From the IMG/VR virus record IMGVR_UViG_3300035179_000011, positions 1 through 53,323 of that record: 53,323 bases of DNA, one strand, 5' to 3'. Of this stretch, positions 46,267 through 53,323 are shown piece by piece. Below the pieces are notes generated by a model. The model saw only the letters and a program-made list of their open reading frames with translations. It did no database searches and had not been told where the DNA came from. Numbering within the stretch: position 1 is the first letter of the stretch; each line of letters opens with the position of its first letter. A program made the translations under genes and the position numbers. The stretch comes from a virus (lineage: Duplodnaviria; Caudoviricetes).

Positions 46267-46394
46267 GTTGATCCCTCTTTATAGTTTGGGTTTGGTATTG
46301 AACGATGGCATGAAGGGCATGTGACCAACCTGAACGTTGATCCCGTGAACCATGCGTACCCGCATTCGCATTTTATGTTTTGTTTGTTTTTCAT
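46263..46394 (-). CDS. 43-aa zinc micro-protein (not in ORF track)
   Basis: MKNKQNIKCECGYAWFTGSTFRLVTCPSCHRS...; TATA box and TTACTACTACTATTACG upstream. Confidence 0.7.
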   Translation of the reverse strand: MKNKQNIKCECGYAWFTGSTFRLVTCPSCHRSIPNPNYKEGST

Positions 46395-46570
46395 TTTTAT
46401 CATCGTAATAGTAGTAGTAAGACATGCTTATAAAGTTTATTATTATTATTAATGACGGTATGATATGAAACGAAAATGTAGAAGATGTAAGAAATACCCA
46501 AAACACGCTAATAAATGCTCGATGCGTGGTAATTTCTCATATTGCCCTTAAAAGAAAAAGGGATTTTGAA

Positions 46571-47308
46571 TCAGAAATTAAATTCGAAGTTCACTTGCGG
46601 AGTTATCGAATCCTTAATAATTGGCGATTTATAGATTTCTGTTTTAATGCGTTCAACATTTCCCCGATATTGGTAAATGAATTCTCCCTTTTCTAGCGTC
46701 TTCAACTGTTCAGCCCATTCTTTGGTGATAAAGAATTTAATGTAGCCCACGTCGTTTTTTTCCCACGTCAAGCCAAAATAACGTTGCATTGTGATCTTGA
46801 CGGGGGACTTATCCACAAGGGCGGGAAACTGCGTGATTAAGCCGAAGCGCAAGTTATAGTTTGCTCCCACAGTCACAATGTCCAGCACGCCATCGTAAAT
46901 TGGTGTTTTCCTCACGCTTAATCTCATGCATCCGTTGGGCAAATATGTCTGTGCTTCCTCGAATATTATGAATTCTAGCTCTCTATAGCCATAGACGTGC
47001 CGTGCATAAATTTGTTTGCAAAATTGGTTTACGAACATGATGCGTTCTCTCGATGCGAGTTTGCTCAAATCCAAAATTTCGCTTTCGTCGTGCCAGTCGT
47101 AACGTGATATTTCTGGCGATACTTCTGTTATGACTGTTATTGGTGAATCGTGTGACCACGCTTGGCTCGTGTCCATTACGATTACTCGAATGCCTGCCTC
47201 TATCAGTTTTTGTGCTAAGTGTTTGCTCAAATTTGTTTTGCCACTTTGCGATGTTCCGCACACGAAGAATCCATTGTCCATGCACTCTTTAACGTCGAAG
47301 GGTATCAT
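46571..47308 (-). CDS. FtsK/HerA-superfamily P-loop ATPase
   Basis: VCGTSQSGKT, IIFEEAQ, GLITQFP. Confidence 0.8.
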   Translation of the reverse strand: MIPFDVKECMDNGFFVCGTSQSGKTNLSKHLAQKLIEAGIRVIVMDTSQAWSHDSPITVITEVSPEISRYDWHDESEILDLSKLASRERIMFVNQFCKQIYARHVYGYRELEFIIFEEAQTYLPNGCMRLSVRKTPIYDGVLDIVTVGANYNLRFGLITQFPALVDKSPVKITMQRYFGLTWEKNDVGYIKFFITKEWAEQLKTLEKGEFIYQYRGNVERIKTEIYKSPIIKDSITPQVNFEFNF

Positions 47309-47604
47309 GGCATAGTCACTTCTAACGTTACATATTGTCTTTCTATTAGGTTCTTAGCGTGTTCCAGTTCTTGTTTCTGTTGGTATTCTGGCAAACTTAG
47401 GAAGTTGTCGTATTCCGTTTTTAGTTGTCGTGCAGTTTCTCTGTGCATGCCCTTCCAACACATAATCAAGAAATTCACTCTGGATTTTGTGATTTCTTTT
47501 CCGTGTTTCTCATGGTGGAGTAAGATTATTGCACGGTTCTTTTCGAAGCTGTAGATTTGGCATGTGCCGAGATGTCCCATTATATTATCTCCTTTTTCTC
47601 CCAT
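47305..47604 (-). CDS. Hypothetical protein
   Basis: ATGA overlap with the ATPase. Confidence 0.55.
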   Translation of the reverse strand: MGEKGDNIMGHLGTCQIYSFEKNRAIILLHHEKHGKEITKSRVNFLIMCWKGMHRETARQLKTEYDNFLSLPEYQQKQELEHAKNLIERQYVTLEVTMP

Positions 47605-47867
47605 ACAAACCAGAATCCACGTTCTATGACTTTTCCGTGTTTGCCGATAGTTTGTGTTTCGTTGTCATATCGTGGTTCATATATTGCGTAGAGTAAGTTG
47701 TTGTCGTGTCTGAATGTTTTGAAACTGATTATCGAGAGCCATGCGTCGTGTTCTGTTTTGTAAGGGGTCGGTTTCTTTTGCCATTCTGTGAATTGGAACT
47801 CTCCAGATTCTAAGTCGATTTTTTGTTCAGCTTTAATCATTTCGATTTGCTGTTCTATCGGGATCAT
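47580..47867 (-). CDS. Hypothetical protein
   Basis: 95-aa ORF with RBS. Confidence 0.6.
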   Translation of the reverse strand: MIPIEQQIEMIKAEQKIDLESGEFQFTEWQKKPTPYKTEHDAWLSIISFKTFRHDNNLLYAIYEPRYDNETQTIGKHGKVIERGFWFVWEKKEII

Positions 47868-48073
47868 TCAAATTCCCTCTCTGTTTTCTTCTTTTCTACT
47901 CGTTATTCCTTGTTGGATGTCTAACTCTCGTTGATAGGACATTTCTAATGCTAATTCGTGACAGTATTGTTTGATGGTTTGTTTTCTTGTAATTCCTCTC
48001 TGAATGGTGCATATTGCATGGAAAACTTAGCCAAATCTTCTAAATCTTTAAGCGTCAGTTTTTCTTTGTTCAT
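47868..48073 (-). pseudogene. Small gene split by an apparent 1-bp deletion
   Basis: MNKEKL...ELQE continues as KQTIKQYCHELALEM...EGI* only if the A4 run had five A. Confidence 0.45.
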
Positions 48074-48303
48074 TCTTGCGTCGCCTCTCTTACTGACGGA
48101 ATTAGCCATCTATAGAAAATATCGTGGTAGTGGTTTACTTCGAATCCTAAGTTTTCCATTGCTGAAAGTGCTTTGGAAGCGAAATCTTCGTCGTTTTCTG
48201 CATCTTCGAGAGCATCTCGTATGTCATTTTCTATGGTAGAACTCGCATGTTTCAGATCAGATAGTAGTTCTTGCAGTTTTTGTGGTAAATTTTCAAATTT
48301 CAT
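48070..48303 (-). CDS. Acidic hypothetical protein
   Basis: 77 aa in the operon. Confidence 0.6.
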   Translation of the reverse strand: MKFENLPQKLQELLSDLKHASSTIENDIRDALEDAENDEDFASKALSAMENLGFEVNHYHDIFYRWLIPSVREATQE

Positions 48304-48305
48304 TT

Positions 48306-48539
48306 TTATTTCTCCTTATGTTCGAGATGGTCTAAAAGGAAGGTATTGTCTATTTCATGTCCGCAATATCTACAATGAGCAGTTACATTGTCCCATTTTT
48401 CTTCCAAGTCTTCATATAATTGTGTTTCTTCATTCCATATCCAATCTTTACTGAAGTCTCCATATTCATATACGTCATCTAGTGGTTTTTTGCAGTTTGG
48501 ACATTTTGGGATTTCTATTTTTTGTTCCATTTTTATCAC
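48306..48539 (-). CDS. Zinc-ribbon protein
   Basis: CPNC...CRYCG; conserved promoter upstream. Confidence 0.7.
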   Translation of the reverse strand: MIKMEQKIEIPKCPNCKKPLDDVYEYGDFSKDWIWNEETQLYEDLEEKWDNVTAHCRYCGHEIDNTFLLDHLEHKEK

Positions 48540-48639
48540 GCTTATTACTATTATTAGTCATGCTTAAAAACCTTATGGCATGGCTTGTTTTGGTTTTCTT
48601 GCCCAAAATTTGTTCGATTGTTAATAATTGGCGATTTTC

Positions 48640-48858
48640 CTAGAGTTTAGCCAAGGCATCCAATATTTCCTTGTTATTCTTCATTGTTATATCTAATGCT
48701 TCGAGGAAATCATTTCGATGTTCAGCCAATTCCTTTAAAAACAGCAAAATTTCTTGGGTTTCAACTAGAACCTTGTCTATTTCAGGCGGCAATTTTTGCT
48801 GGAGAAGGGGGGAGAGATTGGCGGTTGCCCTGTCGAGAAGTTTGGCTACTTCTTCCAT
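48640..48858 (-). CDS. Helical hypothetical protein
   Basis: Own TATA box and GAGG RBS. Confidence 0.6.
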   Translation of the reverse strand: MEEVAKLLDRATANLSPLLQQKLPPEIDKVLVETQEILLFLKELAEHRNDFLEALDITMKNNKEILDALAKL

Positions 48859-48859
48859 T

Positions 48860-48964
48860 CAAATTCCTCTATTATGATTACTATAAGCATCCTTATAAAT
48901 GTGGTGTTACCACAAACCTTAATAATAGTAATAACCTCTATATAAGCATGAGAGATGGGTTAAA
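48860..48964. promoter_or_regulatory. Divergent promoter pair with a central palindrome
   Basis: GTGGT-GTT-ACCAC at 48901-48913 flanked by TATA-like and TAATAGTAAT-type boxes. Confidence 0.55.
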
Positions 48965-49279
48965 GTGGTTAAAGTGAAGTTGCCAGTAATCAAGGTGTCG
49001 AAGGTACTAGCCGAGCTTGGCAACCGCGTGTACACGTTCAACGATTGCCCTTCGAATGGCTGGGTTCGGCTCGACTTGACGGGCTTTGAACTTGAGAAGC
49101 CGCTGTTTTTCACGGTTTCAAAGGACAACACGGTTGAAGTGGTTGTCCACGCGTGTCCGCAGTTGCCCAGTGATGCCCGCTACGCGTGGCAGCCGCGGTT
49201 GCATGAAGCACCCCGACTGCCCGTGGCGTGCCCGCGGTGCAGGTACAGGCTCGACTATAAACCGAAGCGAGGCACATGA
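48965..49279 (+). CDS. Putative regulator with a C-terminal zinc finger
   Basis: YAWQPR...PVACPRC; counter-oriented to neighbours. Confidence 0.55.
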   Translation: MVKVKLPVIKVSKVLAELGNRVYTFNDCPSNGWVRLDLTGFELEKPLFFTVSKDNTVEVVVHACPQLPSDARYAWQPRLHEAPRLPVACPRCRYRLDYKPKRGT

Positions 49280-49623
49280 ACACAATTAAATCGCTCATTA
49301 TTATTGGTATTATCTGTACCTTTGTAGGCGTGGCTATTTCTTATGCTTTATCTTTAAAAACTACATCGCGACAATTTGACGTTTACAGCTTTTGTGACGG
49401 CACGGTGAAGCGGGGCATGTATGGTTGGAATCACCGTGTTTATTATAAAGGGGAAACGCCGTTAACTGACGTTTATGTTTACGTTAATGGTCAATTTCAA
49501 AAAAAGTTTTTGTTGATAGATAAAGGGTGGATTTATCCTTTTAGCACTTGGGAAGTTTCTAATTCTTCGGTGACTGTTTCTGTTGTGTGGAGCGGCAACG
49601 AAGAAACTTATGTTTTTCCTTAG
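49276..49623 (+). CDS. Membrane-anchored exported protein
   Basis: N-terminal hydrophobic helix then a beta domain with one NSS sequon. Confidence 0.6.
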   Translation: MNTIKSLIIIGIICTFVGVAISYALSLKTTSRQFDVYSFCDGTVKRGMYGWNHRVYYKGETPLTDVYVYVNGQFQKKFLLIDKGWIYPFSTWEVSNSSVTVSVVWSGNEETYVFP

Positions 49624-49847
49624 TTAGTTTTTTTGTCTTCGCCAAACCACTTAACAAACCATTCATCTAATAAGTCATGCCAATGTAGGTGCATGTTCTC
49701 GCTAGAGTTGTATTCAGACTTCTTTGGAAATTCTTGTTTAGCCTCTTGAATCCACTCTTTCATAGCAATCATAACCGCTTTTGCACAAAGAGCATCACGA
49801 TTTTCTTTTATTCGTTTTTTGAATTCTCCTTCACCAACCATTCTCAA
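49620..49847 (-). CDS. Hypothetical protein
   Basis: GAGGTGA RBS; WIQEAKQEFP...WFVKWFG. Confidence 0.6.
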   Translation of the reverse strand: MRMVGEGEFKKRIKENRDALCAKAVMIAMKEWIQEAKQEFPKKSEYNSSENMHLHWHDLLDEWFVKWFGEDKKTN

Positions 49848-49958
49848 TCACCTCTTTTTAAGTCCATGTTTTCATGTCCTCTGTCTTTTTGAAGTGAAGC
49901 TTTCCTTTTTTATTCCACCAAAACACGTAGACTTTCTGTTTTAAATCTTCAACCATTT

Positions 49959-50177
49959 TCAGTCACCTTTTTTAAGTTCTCCATATTCTACAGCTATTAT
50001 TTCTCCTGCTGTTGTTGGGTTAGTCATAATTTTTACAATGCCAAAGTTTTCCCACTTGCACTTTTCGCTACAATGACCAAATCGCACGGGCAAGTCGCAA
50101 TCTTCGGGTTCGGGGCACGGATACTTTTTGCCGCAGTTTTGGCAGACGTGATATTTTATTTTCATTTTTTCAACCAT
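49959..50177 (-). CDS. Zinc-finger protein
   Basis: CQNCG...HCSEKC. Confidence 0.6.
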   Translation of the reverse strand: MVEKMKIKYHVCQNCGKKYPCPEPEDCDLPVRFGHCSEKCKWENFGIVKIMTNPTTAGEIIAVEYGELKKGD

Positions 50178-50183
50178 TCTTAA

Positions 50184-50426
50184 TTATCTTTTTTCTCTTT
50201 TCTGAACTGCTAATTCTAATATTTTCCTAAAGTTCCTTTTTGCTTTTATAGAATTATTCCATGTAAACTGTTTGCATGAACAACCATTAACACCGCATCT
50301 TCCATGTCCATCACCACGACCTTCTGGAAGACCATCAGGAAGAATTACGGAATCATCGTGTTGCCATTGATAATGACCACATTTGCATACACCCCATTTT
50401 TCTTTTGAATAAAGTTTTACGCTCAT
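50184..50426 (-). CDS. Cys/His-rich small protein
   Basis: CKCGH...H...CGVNGCSC. Confidence 0.6.
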   Translation of the reverse strand: MSVKLYSKEKWGVCKCGHYQWQHDDSVILPDGLPEGRGDGHGRCGVNGCSCKQFTWNNSIKAKRNFRKILELAVQKREKR

Positions 50427-51547
50427 TTCTTCTTCCCCAATATCATTATGTTCTGCAAGATATTATTCATTTCTTCTGTTGTATGCACTTTTGCTAAGAG
50501 ATTTTTGATTTCGTGTTGTGCTTGTGGCGGAAGTTTGCGGATTTGTTCCATAGCCACCATTTTTTGCACTTCGACAGCTGGCAATATTGGGCTGTCGCGG
50601 TGGTGCCCGTAAATTTCCAGTTCGGGCAAGCAACTCAGATACGCCTCGTACAGTTCCTCTGGATTTGGACGTGAATAAGCTTTGCCCTGTGCGCCCCGCG
50701 GTATGTGACCAAGCATGTGATCTACCCAATTTAACGGCACTTTCTTCTCCAAAATTGTTTGCACTCGTTTGCGGAGTGCGTGTGGTCTGAGCGGGCACAG
50801 TCCTTTGGGCGTGTTGATGCTACCGCCCGATTTCCAAAGACCGTCTGGCGCGCCTATCACGCCAGCCTTGTAAGCGTAGTGCTTGAACCGTTGAATTAGC
50901 GTGACGCTCTTGTAGTTCCACGGCTTTTCAGGATTGGCGTTTTCAAAGTAGCTCTCCAACTTAGTTTTTGCGTCGTGCCCGATGAATGTGACGTAATCAA
51001 ACGTGCCGCTGATGATCTTCGGGATAAAAACGGGGTATAGTGGCTTGTCTTCTTTCCAGTTTTCAGTTTGAAAGTTGGACGCGGCGAGTTGCGGGATTGC
51101 CCCGATTCGCAGCCCCATGTAACTATTCGCCAGTATCCAGCTTGCGTGCTGGAGCGGGGCAACGTCGCAAATTCGTCTTATCTCCTCGTTGTTCGGTATT
51201 TTCTCAAATTTACGAATTGTAGGCAGTGACGGCTGTTTACTTGTGAGCGGGATGCGATTGGCGTGGTAAAAGCTTTTCAAGTAGCCGAACATTATTGTAG
51301 CGGTGGTTTTGGTTGGATATTTATTCCAGAACTTGTCGATCAAGTCGTAGTGGCGGTTGATGTTTGTGGTGGCATCGCTTATTATTTGGTCGGGGTTCAA
51401 CTTGGTATATTCGGTGTAGAACTTGAGCGACATCAACGCAAATTGTTTCGTTGCCTTGCTCATTCCGCCGTTTTCCATGGCGCACGCTCGCTTTTTTAGT
51501 TGTGTGAACCATCGCTGGACTGACTCGAAGTTTTCAAGGTTTTTCAT
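50423..51547 (-). CDS. int: Tyrosine recombinase / integrase
   Basis: GLRIG (R), HALRK (HxxR), MLGH, KAY (catalytic Tyr); N-terminal helical domain. Confidence 0.9.
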   Translation of the reverse strand: MKNLENFESVQRWFTQLKKRACAMENGGMSKATKQFALMSLKFYTEYTKLNPDQIISDATTNINRHYDLIDKFWNKYPTKTTATIMFGYLKSFYHANRIPLTSKQPSLPTIRKFEKIPNNEEIRRICDVAPLQHASWILANSYMGLRIGAIPQLAASNFQTENWKEDKPLYPVFIPKIISGTFDYVTFIGHDAKTKLESYFENANPEKPWNYKSVTLIQRFKHYAYKAGVIGAPDGLWKSGGSINTPKGLCPLRPHALRKRVQTILEKKVPLNWVDHMLGHIPRGAQGKAYSRPNPEELYEAYLSCLPELEIYGHHRDSPILPAVEVQKMVAMEQIRKLPPQAQHEIKNLLAKVHTTEEMNNILQNIMILGKKK

Positions 51548-51756
51548 TTTAACCAACTAAGTTTCAATTCTTAATTTTTTCCCGTTAAACGTGATTTTTA
51601 TTAATTGTCCTTTTTTTGTAACTCCAAGAGAACATTCGCCGATAATTTTATTTTCGTCGTTTAGGTTCTTCTTAAAAATCCCTATCCATCCTGTATCTTC
51701 AATGAATGCTCTAAGTTGACTTTTGAAGTCTTTTTGGGTGCTGTCTAATTCATAAA

Positions 51757-52053
51757 TCATTTTGGTTTCGCTTCCTTCTTTCCTTCCATAGTTTTTGAAT
51801 AATGTTCTGGTGTATCTTCGATTATTCGACAGAATTTCTTTGGATCGTGACAAGCATCATAGTTATACGGACACGTATTTCTTGCAGGACAAACATATTC
51901 TGGTTTTGCTTCCTTAGGATTCTCAGGTGCTAAGTCGAGATGAATAACCCAAATCCACATCTCACAATGAGGACACCAAACCTTTAGGAATTTGTATTCT
52001 TTTCTTGCATCGGGTTGCTTCTCTCTGATTAGATGTAGGTGTTCATTTGTCAT
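51757..52053 (-). CDS. Cys-rich hypothetical protein spanning the circular join
   Basis: CPHC...CPARNTCPY..C; its 5' end is also present at 1-40. Confidence 0.6.
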   Translation of the reverse strand: MTNEHLHLIREKQPDARKEYKFLKVWCPHCEMWIWVIHLDLAPENPKEAKPEYVCPARNTCPYNYDACHDPKKFCRIIEDTPEHYSKTMEGKKEAKPK

Positions 52054-53208
52054 GGTTTTGCTTCCTTCAAAAGTTGTTCTAACTTACGGTATTCTGTCCA
52101 TACTTCATTAGGAGCATTAGTTTGTTCCAAAACATCGCTTAAACGAATTAATTGTTTTTCAACGAGTTTGTTCATGGTTTCGCTTCCCTCTTTAGAAACT
52201 TGAGTCGATGATGGCAATTGAAACATTTTCCAACGTAATCGTAACATTCACCATCTATGAATCGGCAATGAACAGAACTCATGGTGGTGTACCACCGTCG
52301 GCTGTATCTCTTAGCCAAACTATGCGATCAAGGATTTTTTGTTTCAAACTCTTGCTCATGGCAGATAACATCCCTTTTTACAATCCATTTTTCTATTAAC
52401 TATTCTAAGATGTTCGCAGTCTCGACAATTGCAATTGTTTACGCAAGTCTGAATTCTCATTTCTTATTCCTCTCTTCCTTCCATTTGTGCCCGCAATTCA
52501 TACATTCGTATTCCATGCTTGCGTCCACATAATATGTGCCTTCGTAGTGTCCGTCTTTGCCTTCGCTGGCTTCAACGGCAAGTTCTCCGCATTTTGGACA
52601 TTTCATATTCTTTCAACCTCAAGCAGATAGTTTTCCACTGTTTGAAACAGTTGCACTTCAGGAAAACACGCGCTTTCTATAAATATGACAATATTGTTTG
52701 TGTTGATGTCATAGCCGATTTGCACTATGCGGGCATCGGTTGGCAACGGATTCTTGATTTTTAAGTGTACTTCCATTCCTAAAAAGAAAGCTTCAAAAAA
52801 TTGTGCGTTTATCTCGATGCGTTTTATTCGTCTTGAAAGATTGAGTTTTTGGTCTTTCATTTTTATCACTTTTCCTTTGGTTCGTAAAGTGGACAGTATT
52901 TCGTGCAGTTTATGTTGTTTCGGTTGAATTCTTCGCAATGGAAAATGTCTTGCGGATAGTCTTTCTGAAATATGGCGTGGTGGCAGTTTCTTGCTATTTT
53001 CAACATTTCACGTTTTTCTGTCATTTTTATTTGATCAAACCAAGGTAGACATTTGTTACAAAGTCGTTCATTTTTTCTCCGTAGAAAGGGTTTGCCACAA
53101 TGTAGACAGATTCCTTCTTTTTTTAGTTCCACGATTTTCACCTATTACGATTATTACAATGACTAATTTATAAACTTTGTGCTTCTGCCATACTTTAAAT
53201 ATATAAAG
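52014..53208. repeat. Direct repeat copy 2 (circular overlap)
   Basis: Duplicate of 1-1195. Confidence 0.97.
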
Positions 53209-53209
53209 T

Positions 53210-53323
53210 TTACGGTTTAGTCAAGAATATCTCATTCACAAATTTTGAATACTTATACACGCTATTGATTTCGTAGGAAAGTGGTTTATTTGACAGGGCT
53301 TCCAGAAAAAGTTCGAAGAACAC
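53210..53323 (-). CDS. 3' end of an ORF not found in the viral unit (partial)
   Basis: Open for all 38 codons to the window edge: ...VFFELFLEALSNKPLSYEINSVYKYSKFVNEIFLTKP*. Confidence 0.4.
   Translation of the reverse strand: MFFELFLEALSNKPLSYEINSVYKYSKFVNEIFLTKP

Larger units (their letters stand above)
1..52013. mobile_element. Complete unit-length genome of a tailed (HK97-fold) temperate archaeal virus
   Basis: End overlap gives a 52,013-bp circle; portal, TerL, prohead protease, MCP, tail genes, PolB, primase-helicase and integrase all present; archaeal-type TATA and GGTGA signals. Confidence 0.92.

Noticed and set aside
46279-46506. 75-aa ORF with IIIII/YYYYY runs
   Set aside because: It reads through the period-3 promoter box; the real gene is the 43-aa zinc finger in another frame
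51557-53323. tRNA gene or dif-like site as the attachment target
   Set aside because: No cloverleaf or T-loop motif and no convincing 11-6-11 inverted arms seen by eye; tRNAscan-SE would settle the tRNA question
1-53323. Stop-codon reassignment
   Set aside because: Long genes are intact in the standard code and the apparent gaps are filled by coupled micro-ORFs

Overview
The window is one complete unit (52,013 bp) of a head-tail (HK97-fold, Caudoviricetes-type) temperate virus. Bases 1-1195 recur at 52014-53208 (one SNP seen), then the contig runs into 115 bp of unrelated sequence. TATA boxes, GGTGA ribosome-binding sites, RHH/winged-helix regulators, many Cys-rich zinc micro-proteins, a family-B polymerase and a solo Cas4 point to an archaeal host (Bathyarchaeia-like is a guess). 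Layout: minus-strand small genes plus Cas4 (1-6.9 kb); a minus-strand virion operon (6.9-26.2 kb: tail, neck, a 9-kb adhesin/surface cluster, capsid, protease); a plus-strand arm (26.3-41.8 kb: portal, PolB, nucleotide enzymes, terminase, methyltransferase, primase-helicase); a repeat-rich non-coding gap (41.6-42.7 kb); and minus-strand accessory genes with an FtsK/HerA-like ATPase and a tyrosine integrase. The most notable observations are (1) a putative +1 frameshift at UUU_CGU in the tail chaperone gene, (2) a genome-wide promoter/operator family with a TTATTACTATTA box at about 15 cassette-like units, (3) a membrane-anchored protein with about 23 N-glycosylation sequons next to a transglutaminase-like enzyme inside the virion operon, (4) a very short tape measure, (5) a duplicated inverted-repeat-flanked element at the helicase 3' end, and (6) a junction that is either an att site or a cassette swap. 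All product calls come from reading motifs and gene order by eye; no database search was run.
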